From NCBI GenBank assembly GCA_051746405.1, contig JBNJFB010000014.1, positions 1 through 47,800 of the forward strand: DNA of 47,800 nt, in the 5' to 3' direction. A program made the position numbers and the translations under genes. Positions 30,701-39,126 of this stretch are shown one piece after another. This stretch comes from Campylobacterota bacterium (GTDB lineage Bacteria > Campylobacterota > Campylobacteria > Campylobacterales > Arcobacteraceae). Under the pieces are notes generated by a model, which did not search any database, was not told the origin of the DNA, and worked only from the letters and a program-made list of their open reading frames with translations. The first letter of the stretch is position 1; the number at the start of each line of letters is the position of its first letter.

Positions 30701-32152
30701 AGAACCAACAGGCTCTTTACCATCTTTTGCCATTGGCTCAATCATTTGATCAATTGCTTCATAAGTAATATTAAAATACTTCTGTTTTTTACTTAAATCA
30801 CTCATCTTATAATCAGTTGTATTGAAAAATGACTCTTCAATATACTCTTGAAGATAATCCATATCATCATTTAGCCATTTTGTATAGTTTTGTGCTGATT
30901 TTAGATAATCATTAATATCCTCTTCTTTTAAGATAGTTCCATGCTTAAGATCAAGTGCAATCATCTCACCTGATTGAAGTCTACCTCTCTCTTTTATATT
31001 ATCTTCATCAATACTTAAAGTACCATACTCTGATGTTATATATAGTTTTTCATCTTTTGTAATAACATACTTAGAAGGTCTTAAACCATTTCTATCAATT
31101 AAACATCCTATGTGTCTACCATCTGTTAAAGATACAGCAGCAGGTCCATCCCAAGCCTCCATTGCAGTTGCTGTGTACTCATAAAATGATCTTAAATTAG
31201 AATCCATATGAGGAGCATTTTGCCATGGTGCTGGTACTAAACTTCTTGCTGCTTTGAAGAAATCAACTCCATTTGCAAGCATAAACTCAAACATATTGTC
31301 AAGTGAAGCTGAATCTGAAACTTTTTCTTGAAGAATTGGCAACAATCTTTTTATCTCACTATCTGAGAAAACTTCAGATTTTAACTGCTCTGATTTAACT
31401 TCCACATTAAATCTATTTGCCTCAACAGAGTTTATCTCACCATTATGAGCAATTGCTCTAAATGGCTGAGCTAATCGCCATTGTGGTAATGTGTTTGTTG
31501 AGAATCTTTGGTGAAACAAAGAGAATGAGATTTTAAACTCTTCATCTCTTAAATCTTTATAAAAGTGCTTAATATGAGTAGGCATAACAAGCCCTTTATA
31601 AGCTATTACTTTAGATGAAAATGTAGGAATATAAAAGTCTTCTTTATGTTTTAATTTGTGTTCACACTCTTTTCTAGTTAAGTAAAGCATTGCTTCAAAT
31701 CTTTTTGAAGTCATTAAAGTATTAGGTCTAACAAAAACTTGTACAATATTAGGTAGTGTACTTAGTGCTTGTTTTCCCAGTGCATCAGTTTCAACTGGCA
31801 CATCTCTAGTTAGTACTACTTTTAAGTCGTTTTTATCACAAAACTCTTTAAATGTTTTTATATCTTCTAAATCTTTAGTGAAAATCATAGCTATACCATA
31901 TGTTTCAGGTAAATCAATACCCTCTTTCATAGCTTGTTTTCTCATAAATTCATCTGGCATAGATAATAATAGGCCCGAACCATCTCCTGTCTTACCATCT
32001 GCTGCAACTGCACCTCTGTGCATCATTCTTTCTAGTGAAGTTATTGCGTCTTCTAAGTTTTTATGACTTGGTCTGTTTTGCATATCTGCAACTAGACCAA
32101 AACCACAGTTATCTTTAAAAGACGTTAATAAGTCTAAATTACAACCCATCAT
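27713..32152 (-). CDS. gltB: Glutamate synthase large subunit
   Basis: CGFG N-terminal nucleophile, HQRFSTNT, WDGPA, AQGAKPGEGG, CHTNKC, GXGXG repeats. Confidence 0.98.
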   Translation of the reverse strand: MMGCNLDLLTSFKDNCGFGLVADMQNRPSHKNLEDAITSLERMMHRGAVAADGKTGDGSGLLLSMPDEFMRKQAMKEGIDLPETYGIAMIFTKDLEDIKTFKEFCDKNDLKVVLTRDVPVETDALGKQALSTLPNIVQVFVRPNTLMTSKRFEAMLYLTRKECEHKLKHKEDFYIPTFSSKVIAYKGLVMPTHIKHFYKDLRDEEFKISFSLFHQRFSTNTLPQWRLAQPFRAIAHNGEINSVEANRFNVEVKSEQLKSEVFSDSEIKRLLPILQEKVSDSASLDNMFEFMLANGVDFFKAARSLVPAPWQNAPHMDSNLRSFYEYTATAMEAWDGPAAVSLTDGRHIGCLIDRNGLRPSKYVITKDEKLYITSEYGTLSIDEDNIKERGRLQSGEMIALDLKHGTILKEEDINDYLKSAQNYTKWLNDDMDYLQEYIEESFFNTTDYKMSDLSKKQKYFNITYEAIDQMIEPMAKDGKEPVGSMGDDTPLACFSKANRNFTDFFKQKFAQVTNPPIDPYREKVVMSLETGFGKIHNILDEKPEYAKRLKVASPILMKEKFDVLYSFGDENSPRYDEYYKNKIFSTTFKTNLKESLENLASKVVDAVENENVSVVILDDREICENNKLIPMAMAVGYINRKLLNEKIRHSVSIIPITGEVYDPHMAAVMLGFGATAVYPYMMYATALSLFEKKDTTRYEIQRLLKNTQKALNAGLLKIMSKMGISTVASYRNSALFDVIGLSDDIIKDCFPDAYTDLAGLDYEDIEQRIEKSHFNAYHDDNYMFPLDLGGFYKYINGGEYHDYGPATTRAMHNKGASKQEDISDFDGLKKMVESRDKKFIRDFFEFDSDKKSISIDEVEPKEEIFKRFATAAMSCGSISPEAHEALAQAMNTIGGASNSGEGGEDPKRFKSLKNSKIKQIASGRFGVTPGYLRSAQELQIKVAQGAKPGEGGQLPGHKVTPLIATLRHTVPGVTLISPPPHHDIYSIEDLAQLIFDLKQINPLAKITVKLVSSIGVGTIAAGVAKAYADKIIISGGDGGTGAAPLTSIKHTGNPWEMGLSEAHNALKANQLRDFVHVQTDGGLKTGLDVVKAALLGAESYAFGTAALTLLGCKILRICHTNKCSVGVATQDEELRDHFQGTVERLISYFTYIAQEIREILAKLGYSSLEEIIGRSDLLKVIDDKFAKKFDFQNILRRVDGIDTCQKDSNEPFDDNKYEKELLKKVHKTIENPNAPVKVSSQISNLNRSFGALISGEIARYYGDTGLPQNSININLKGIAGQSFGAFLSNGVNINLDGVANDYVGKGMSGGKIMINPPHQGQEFAGAGNTCLYGATGGKLYVRACVGERFAVRNSGCISVVEGTGDNACEYMTGGIVVILGKTGFNFGAGMTGGISFVYDAQKTFVDKINQELIEAVRIDTDDTERERLYLKRLLVDYIHETDSQLAEYILENFRAEIRNFWMVKPKNMTVLPLDPDEGD

Positions 32153-32343
32153 TTTCCTTTTTATTTATTCTTTTATATTCCTTAGAAAAGTGAAACATGG
32201 TATCTTAATTTTAATTAAAAAATGGTTAAAAACTATTTTTCAATAAATACTTACTATTAACTTAATTTTTTATACTAATAATATCTGAAAAGTAATATTT
32301 TATTACTAATATAACTTTTAAAATTTCTTCTAAAATACATAAT

Positions 32344-32367
32344 AGTTACATAACTTTTTACTATAAT
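32344..32367 (+). promoter_or_regulatory. Putative dctP promoter: -10 TATAAT preceded by the palindrome AGTTA-CA-TAACT
   Basis: TATAAT at 32362-32367, palindrome at 32344-32355, AAGGAG RBS downstream. Confidence 0.4.
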
Positions 32368-32397
32368 TTTTTCATATCAAAAAATTAAGGAGATGAT

Positions 32398-33393
32398 ATG
32401 AAAAAATTAGTTTTAGGTACTATTGCAGCTGCAATGGTTACCACATCAAGTTTAGCAGCAGAGTATACTCTGAAGTTTTCACACGTTGTAAGTCCAAATA
32501 CACCAAAAGGTAAAGCAGCAGCTTTTTTTGAAGAGAGATTAGAGAAGTTATCAGATGGTAAGATTGATGTTCAAATTTATCCATCATCACAGTTATATAG
32601 TGATAGTGCAGTTCTAAAAGCCTTGAGATTAAACTCAGTTCAAATGGCAGCACCTTCATTTTCAAAGTTTGGTAAAATTGTACCTCAATTAGCTTTATTT
32701 GATTTACCTTTTTTGTTTAAAGATGCTGATCACTTACATAGAGTTCAAGATGGTGAAGTTGGTCAAGCACTAAAAGATATGGTTACTGCAAAAGGCATTG
32801 TAGCTTTAGATTTTTGGGACAATGGATTTAAACAACTATCTTCATCAAAAGAAGCATTAATCAAGCCAGAAGATGCCCAAGGTCAAAAGTTTAGAATTAT
32901 GTCTTCAAAGGTTTTAGAAGAGCAGTTCCATGCAGTTGATGCAAACCCTCAAATGATGCCTTTTTCTGAAGTATATTCAGGATTACAGCAAGGTGTTATT
33001 GATGGTCAAGAAAACACTATTTCAAATATCTACACAAAAAAATTCCATGAAGTTCAAACTGATTTAACTATTTCAAATCACGGTTATTTAGGTTACTTAG
33101 TAGTTATGTCAAAAAGATTTTGGAATTCACTACCTGATGATTTACAAGCAGATGTAAAGCAAGCTATGAGTGAAGCTACCAAAAAAGAAAGAGAGTTTGC
33201 AAAACAATTAAATGATTCTCAATTAGAAAAAATCAAAGAGTATGCAAAAAAGACAGGTAACTTAGAAATCCATACTTTAAGTGATAAACAAAGAGAAGCA
33301 TGGAGAGAAAAAGTTAGTAAAATCTATCCAAAATTCTACTCAGATAAGAAGATTGGTGAAGATTTAATTAAGAAAACTATATCAACTAAGTAG
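32398..33393 (+). CDS. dctP: TRAP transporter substrate-binding protein
   Basis: Signal peptide, KFSHVV..TPKG, FDLPFLF, WDNGFK, KFRIM.S, DGQEN. Confidence 0.95.
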   Translation: MKKLVLGTIAAAMVTTSSLAAEYTLKFSHVVSPNTPKGKAAAFFEERLEKLSDGKIDVQIYPSSQLYSDSAVLKALRLNSVQMAAPSFSKFGKIVPQLALFDLPFLFKDADHLHRVQDGEVGQALKDMVTAKGIVALDFWDNGFKQLSSSKEALIKPEDAQGQKFRIMSSKVLEEQFHAVDANPQMMPFSEVYSGLQQGVIDGQENTISNIYTKKFHEVQTDLTISNHGYLGYLVVMSKRFWNSLPDDLQADVKQAMSEATKKEREFAKQLNDSQLEKIKEYAKKTGNLEIHTLSDKQREAWREKVSKIYPKFYSDKKIGEDLIKKTISTK

Positions 33394-33399
33394 TAGGCT

Positions 33400-34017
33400 A
33401 TGTTTAATATTATAAGTAAAGTTATTGGATTTATTAACCAATCAATAGCCATCATCGGTATAACAGCCGGTGTTGCTATTGCTTTTACTAATGTTGTTGC
33501 AAGATATGTTTTTGACGCATCATTAGTATGGGCAACAGAGTTAAGTATTTATCTATTTTTATGGAGTGTTTTTTTTGCTGCTGCTTATTGCTTCAAAAAA
33601 GATGCACATATTGCAGTTACTATTGTACTAGATATAGTGCCATCAAAGATAGCTAAACCTATGTTACTTATTTCACATACGGTTACTATTATATTTTTAG
33701 CTGCTGTTGCTTACTTTGGTTATGAATACTTATTATTAATTATTGATTTAGATGAAAGATCAATTGATTTATGGAATTTACCTATGTGGATTATTTATCT
33801 TGTTATTCCTGTCTCTTTTGCGTTTGCAACATATAGAGTTGGTGAGAAAATAGTACATATATTAAAAACCCCACATGAGCAAGTAGTTAAAGAAAGTGAG
33901 GCTGAAATGGTACTAGCTGAATTAGGTGTAAAACATGATGATAATGAAAACAAACATGTTGAAAAATTAAACAAGATGGTAAGTGATGTAGAAAAGAAAA
34001 CAGGAGGTATGCTGTAA
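33400..34017 (+). CDS. dctQ: TRAP transporter small permease
   Basis: 4 TM, NVVARY, WATEL, HIAV. Confidence 0.92.
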   Translation: MFNIISKVIGFINQSIAIIGITAGVAIAFTNVVARYVFDASLVWATELSIYLFLWSVFFAAAYCFKKDAHIAVTIVLDIVPSKIAKPMLLISHTVTIIFLAAVAYFGYEYLLLIIDLDERSIDLWNLPMWIIYLVIPVSFAFATYRVGEKIVHILKTPHEQVVKESEAEMVLAELGVKHDDNENKHVEKLNKMVSDVEKKTGGML

Positions 34018-35300
34018 TGAGTGTAGCTGTACTGTTTGGTATATTTTTCTTTCTTATTATTTTAGGTTCTCCTGTTGCTATTGCACTAGGTTCTGCAACA
34101 TTTGCAACATTGATGATGTTTACGCATATCTCGCCAATAGAGATTTCAGCAATGATGTTTGAAAAGATTCATCACTATTCATTGATGGCTATTCCTATGT
34201 TTATTTTAGCTGGTAATTTACTATCAAAAGGTAGTGCTGCAACTAGAATTATTGAGTTTGCAAAATCAATAGTTGGTCACCTTCCAGGTGGTTTACCTAT
34301 CTCTGCAATTTTTGCATCTATAATTTTCTCTGCTGTATCAGGAAGTTCACCTGCAACAGTTGTTGCTATTGGTTCTATTATGTTTGGTGCAATTATGCAA
34401 GCTGGATATCCTAAAAGATATGCAGTTGGTACAATTGCAACTGCTGGGTCTTTAGGTATTTTAATTCCACCTTCAATTGTACTTATTGTTTATGGTGTAA
34501 CAGCAGAAGTATCAATTGGTAAGCTTTTTATGGCAGGTGTTGTTCCTGGAATCATGCTTGGAGTTATGATGATGGTTGTTACTTATATAGGAGCAAGAAG
34601 ATTAGGATTTAAAAGAACACAGCCTCAACCATTTAGCGTAAGATTACAAAAAATGAAAGAAGCATCATGGGGACTTATGACAATAGTTATTGTTATTGGT
34701 GGTATTTATGGTGGTATCTTCACTCCTACTGAAGCAGCAGCGGTTGCTTGTGTTTGGGCGTTTGTTATCTCTGTATTTATTTACAAAGATATAAAAATAA
34801 AAGAGGTATTGGGCACAGCATTAGAATCAGCTAAAGTAACTGCAATGATTATGTTTATTATTGCAAATGCAATGCTTTTTGCTCACTTTTTGACTATTGA
34901 GAATATTCCTCAAGCAATTACTGAAACACTAATTGAAGCAAATGTTGATAAATATATGTTCTTAATAGCTGTAAACTTACTGCTAATTTTAGCAGGTTCA
35001 TTTATGGAACCAAGTGCAATTATTATGATTCTTGTTCCTTTATTACTACCTGTAGCAGTTGCATTAGGAATTGACCCTATTCACTTTGGTATTATTATTA
35101 CAATAAATATGGAGCTTGGAATGGTCTCCCCACCTGTAGGACTCAACTTGTTTGTTACGTCCGGACTTACAGGAATGAGTATAAAAGATGTAATAGTAGC
35201 AGCATTCCCATGGACATTAACAATCTTAGCAGGACTACTTATCACTACATACATTCCCGAAGTAGCTCTTTGGTTACCAAATCTAATGTATGGTGGATGA
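34017..35300 (+). CDS. dctM: TRAP transporter large permease
   Basis: AIPMFILAG, SGSSPAT, LIPPSI, FTPTEA, SPPVGLNL. Confidence 0.95.
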   Translation: MSVAVLFGIFFFLIILGSPVAIALGSATFATLMMFTHISPIEISAMMFEKIHHYSLMAIPMFILAGNLLSKGSAATRIIEFAKSIVGHLPGGLPISAIFASIIFSAVSGSSPATVVAIGSIMFGAIMQAGYPKRYAVGTIATAGSLGILIPPSIVLIVYGVTAEVSIGKLFMAGVVPGIMLGVMMMVVTYIGARRLGFKRTQPQPFSVRLQKMKEASWGLMTIVIVIGGIYGGIFTPTEAAAVACVWAFVISVFIYKDIKIKEVLGTALESAKVTAMIMFIIANAMLFAHFLTIENIPQAITETLIEANVDKYMFLIAVNLLLILAGSFMEPSAIIMILVPLLLPVAVALGIDPIHFGIIITINMELGMVSPPVGLNLFVTSGLTGMSIKDVIVAAFPWTLTILAGLLITTYIPEVALWLPNLMYGG

Positions 35301-35326
35301 TAGAAAATAAACTCGAATTAAACTTA

Positions 35327-35356
35327 CGATTTTATGGGAGCTATCCCATGAAATCG
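35327..35356. terminator. Hairpin between the convergent dctM and rloB-like genes
   Basis: CGATTTTATGGGA-GCTA-TCCCATGAAATCG, 13-bp stem with one G-U pair. Confidence 0.65.
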
Positions 35357-35378
35357 AAATACTTATAATAACAATATA

Positions 35379-36050
35379 TTATTTCTCACCTTTTAAACCT
35401 TTTAGATAATTAACTAGCTCATCCATCTGTGTTGTTGAATTATCAGTACCATTTCTTTTAGCGGTTTCATTTGCTCTTTTTGAATTTGCTATTGCCATCT
35501 CAAGCCCAGATTTTATGATAGGTAACATAATCGCTTTATCACCTTTTTCATAATCTTCAATAAATACTTTCAAGTTGTTTTTGATTAGATCCATACAAGG
35601 ACTATCTCCGCTTGTTCCAAACAGTTTTGTCGTATAGTCAAAATGCAACAATATCCAAAACTCAAAACATGGATTTGATACTATGCCATGAAGCTTTGTA
35701 TCTTTATTTCTGTATCCATTCATTTGAGCAATTGCTGTATCAAAATCAGTATGTCTATCCCTATCTATCACGCAAAAAACATGATCATAGGGATCTTTAG
35801 TACTCTCTTTTATCAACTCTTTTGCATACCTCACTACACTTGTAGGACTTGAGTCACTGTTTGGATCTATTTTAATATTTGCTTGAGATAGCTTTAAGTG
35901 TTCTCTCAATGCCATTAAGTAATGAGGTTCTGTTTTTTCTCCCTCACAAACTATAAGCACTTTGTCATAAGGCTCTCTGCTCTCTTTAGCTCTTTGAAGC
36001 TGTGTTACCTTTTTTGCTTTACGCTTATGAAAAAGATCATCTGTACCCAT
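35379..36050 (-). CDS. RloB-family (TOPRIM-like) protein
   Basis: LIVCEGEKTE..Y, VFCVIDRD, SNPCFEFWILLHF. Confidence 0.9.
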   Translation of the reverse strand: MGTDDLFHKRKAKKVTQLQRAKESREPYDKVLIVCEGEKTEPHYLMALREHLKLSQANIKIDPNSDSSPTSVVRYAKELIKESTKDPYDHVFCVIDRDRHTDFDTAIAQMNGYRNKDTKLHGIVSNPCFEFWILLHFDYTTKLFGTSGDSPCMDLIKNNLKVFIEDYEKGDKAIMLPIIKSGLEMAIANSKRANETAKRNGTDNSTTQMDELVNYLKGLKGEK

Positions 36051-36053
36051 GAG

Positions 36054-37331
36054 TTATTTCCCCATAGTAATACTTATATCTTGAAAAAATGGTAATGCAC
36101 CATATCTTCCAGACAAGTATCCTTTTTCAAGGTCTTCAACCCCTTTTCTAGGGCTAAAATCAGTTAAAGGATATAAATTTGTAGCTCTATTTTGTTTTTC
36201 ACAAAACCAAATCTGATCTCTTCTAAAAGTATCTTGATTTAGCACTGATGTCTCATGGGTTGTGAAAATTAACTGCGCATTAGATGTGTTCATATCTTTG
36301 TTATGAAACATTTCAATTAAAAACTTCACCATTAAAGGGTGAAAGTTATCATGAAGTTCATCGATAAGAAGTACATTACCATTTTCCAATGAGTCAATCC
36401 ATGGGCCAATAAAAGAAAAAAGCTTTCTAGTTCCATCTGACTCATCATCAAAATCAAGAGCTACTTTTTTCCCATAATTATCAAAATGGTAAAATTTAGC
36501 CCCTTTAATTATCTCTTTTTCTTTCATATCCTTAGTAATATCTCTTTTTAACTCTTCAGGCATATCTTTTGGAAGTTTATTAGGAGAAAAATTTTCCTTT
36601 TCAACTTCAATATCTTCAATATCCATATCTGCGATTTTTAGAAACTTTAGAATTTTATCTTTATGAGTTTTATCCTCACATAACTCCATAGTAAAGTAAG
36701 GATTCCATCCCTCAACACCCGTTATTTTTAGTTTATCTGCAAACCAATCAAATACGGGTTTTAGTTGTTCACTATTTAGCTGAACTGCTGTAGATAAAAA
36801 TAAAGCATTACTTCTTGTAGACTCTTGCCACAATTGTTTCTTACCCATTAGTTTATCTCCAAATTGCCATTGATACTCTTTTTTTTCTTCATCATATGCT
36901 CTAGCAAACCAGTTTTGTGGTCTTCCTTTTGGATATGCAATAAGCCACTCTTCAGTAATTCTCTCTCTAGTCGTTGCAAAGCCATACTGATACCTAATCT
37001 GATTATAAATAAAATTAATTTCAAACTCTGTAGACTCATTAACCTCATTGTCAAATAAAAATGGTTTTACAGGAAGCTCATCACCTCTTTGATATCTTGA
37101 ACCACTTTCAAGTACAATTTCTTGCATGACTTCCATAGCTTTTAAAATATTTGATTTACCAGCAGCATTTGCACCATAAATAGTCGCTGTTTTTACCAAA
37201 GATAAACTTTTTGAAGTTGTAGGTAAAAAAGTATGCGTATCAACAAACTCTTTTTGTGAAGAAGCTACCATGCTTAATAGTTGTTCTTCTTTAATTGAAC
37301 GAAAGTTTTTTACCCTAAAATCAACTAACAT
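36054..37331 (-). CDS. AAA_21/RloA-like ABC-type ATPase
   Basis: NFRSI, Walker A GANAAGKSN, signature ESDGTRK, Walker B LLIDE, H-loop FTTH, RRDQIWF, YLSGRYGA.P. Confidence 0.92.
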   Translation of the reverse strand: MLVDFRVKNFRSIKEEQLLSMVASSQKEFVDTHTFLPTTSKSLSLVKTATIYGANAAGKSNILKAMEVMQEIVLESGSRYQRGDELPVKPFLFDNEVNESTEFEINFIYNQIRYQYGFATTRERITEEWLIAYPKGRPQNWFARAYDEEKKEYQWQFGDKLMGKKQLWQESTRSNALFLSTAVQLNSEQLKPVFDWFADKLKITGVEGWNPYFTMELCEDKTHKDKILKFLKIADMDIEDIEVEKENFSPNKLPKDMPEELKRDITKDMKEKEIIKGAKFYHFDNYGKKVALDFDDESDGTRKLFSFIGPWIDSLENGNVLLIDELHDNFHPLMVKFLIEMFHNKDMNTSNAQLIFTTHETSVLNQDTFRRDQIWFCEKQNRATNLYPLTDFSPRKGVEDLEKGYLSGRYGALPFFQDISITMGK

Positions 37332-37457
37332 AAGTATCCTTTTTTATTTTGATGACTTATTTTAGCAATTTTTTGCAAAAAAATCAATTAAAATCGATTT
37401 TATAAAGCAATTCTAAGTCTAAACTAATAAGTTATGAAATTTAACTCAATAAAAAAC

Positions 37458-37493
37458 TTTTGATACTTTTTTGATACTTTTTTTCTATATAAT
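37458..37493 (+). promoter_or_regulatory. Tandem TTTTGATAC repeats (11-nt period) plus -10 box just before the ATG at 37500
   Basis: Repeats at 37458-37466 and 37469-37477; TATAAT at 37488-37493. Confidence 0.5.
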
Positions 37494-37499
37494 AAATTT

Positions 37500-39125
37500 A
37501 TGGAAACAATAAATAAAAATCTAAATGAACTAATCGAACTTTGTGCAAATATGAGTGTTTTATATGTTGAAGATGATATAAGTCTAAGAGATGTTAATAC
37601 ATCAATCTTAGAAAATCTATTTGATTCTATTGATACATGTAGTAATGGACAAGAAGCTATTGAGCTTTATAATAAAAATCTAGAGATTAATAACTGTTAT
37701 GATATTGTTTTAACAGATATTAATATGCCTTATATTAACGGTATAGACTTAGCTAGCCAGATTTTAAAACAAAATCCAAATCAACAGATTTTAGTAATAT
37801 CAGCTTATAATGACTCTGCTAAGTTAGAAGCATTAATAGAACTTGGCATTAAATATTATGTTCAAAAACCTGTAAGTACTGAAAAGCTAATGAATGTTTT
37901 ATATAAAGTAGTAAAAGAGTTTGATATAAAACAAAAAGAGTTATTAGAAAAAAAAGAGCTAACTAGCATTGATAATATCACCAAGCTAAAAAATACAACC
38001 TCTTTATATGAAGATATTAAAAAAACAAATTTTAATAACATACTTATAATCAAACTTATCAACTATGACAAGGTTCAATCAATTTATGGAGTTGATAAAA
38101 CTGATGTGATTTTAAATGATTTAGTAAACGAACTTAAATCAAAAACTCAAATCAAAAACAACCTTTATAGAAGTGGTATAGATAAATTAGTCTATTTATT
38201 TAGTGATGATTTACACGATACTGCAACGCAGTTTGTAGAAAAACTTGATGAGAGTATTTTTAATTATGCTATTGGGTTAAGTGACCACAAAATTGATTTA
38301 ATTTCATCTGCAAAAATGGCTCTTGAGTATGCAATAACAAATAATGAAAAGTTTAAGATTTATACAAAGGATATAGATACAAAAAAATTAGATGAAACTG
38401 AATTTCAAATGCAAAAGGTCATAGCAAAAGCTATTGTAGATGACACAGTATTTCCAATGTTTCAGCCAATATATAGTAAAGAAGGAGCAGTTTTAAAGTA
38501 TGAAATCTTAATGAGAATTTCAATAATAGAAAATAACAATGAAACTGTTTTTTATCCTAATGAGTTTATAGATATTGCTATTAAAAATAGTAAATTTTTT
38601 GAATTAAACTGTTTAATGCTAAAAAAAGCTTTTGATATAATAAAAATTAGTGAAAAAAAGTTTTCATTTAATATATCATATAAAGATATCCAAAATAGTG
38701 CTTTATGCCAGTTTATTGAAGATGAGTTTAAAAAAGACCCTAATTTATCAAAAAGATTTATCTTTGAGCTTTTAGAAACAAATGAAATTGATGATTATAA
38801 AATACTTGAAAAGTTTATAAAAAGATTTAAAGACTACGGGGTGCAAATTGCACTTGATGACTTTGGTTCTGGCTACTCAAACTTAAATCATGTACTAAAT
38901 ATTGAAAGTGATTATATCAAGATTGATGGGTCATTAATAAAAGAGATAACTTTTAATAACAAATCATTAGCCATTGTAAAATCAATTGTAAGTTTTGCAA
39001 AGGAGACAAATCTTAAAACCATTGCAGAGTTCGTCTCATCAAAAGAGATTTTTGAAAAACTAAAAGAAGTGGGTATTGATGAGTTTCAAGGCTTTTATTT
39101 AAGTAAGCCCCTAAAAGAGATTTAA
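37500..39125 (+). CDS. REC + degenerate GGDEF + EAL protein (likely c-di-GMP phosphodiesterase)
   Basis: YVEDD..TDINMP..KP; the GGDEF site reads RSGIDKL; FQPI, YEILMR, DDFGSGYS, IKIDGS, IAEFV, FQGFY. Confidence 0.9.
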   Translation: METINKNLNELIELCANMSVLYVEDDISLRDVNTSILENLFDSIDTCSNGQEAIELYNKNLEINNCYDIVLTDINMPYINGIDLASQILKQNPNQQILVISAYNDSAKLEALIELGIKYYVQKPVSTEKLMNVLYKVVKEFDIKQKELLEKKELTSIDNITKLKNTTSLYEDIKKTNFNNILIIKLINYDKVQSIYGVDKTDVILNDLVNELKSKTQIKNNLYRSGIDKLVYLFSDDLHDTATQFVEKLDESIFNYAIGLSDHKIDLISSAKMALEYAITNNEKFKIYTKDIDTKKLDETEFQMQKVIAKAIVDDTVFPMFQPIYSKEGAVLKYEILMRISIIENNNETVFYPNEFIDIAIKNSKFFELNCLMLKKAFDIIKISEKKFSFNISYKDIQNSALCQFIEDEFKKDPNLSKRFIFELLETNEIDDYKILEKFIKRFKDYGVQIALDDFGSGYSNLNHVLNIESDYIKIDGSLIKEITFNNKSLAIVKSIVSFAKETNLKTIAEFVSSKEIFEKLKEVGIDEFQGFYLSKPLKEI

Positions 39126-39126
39126 T

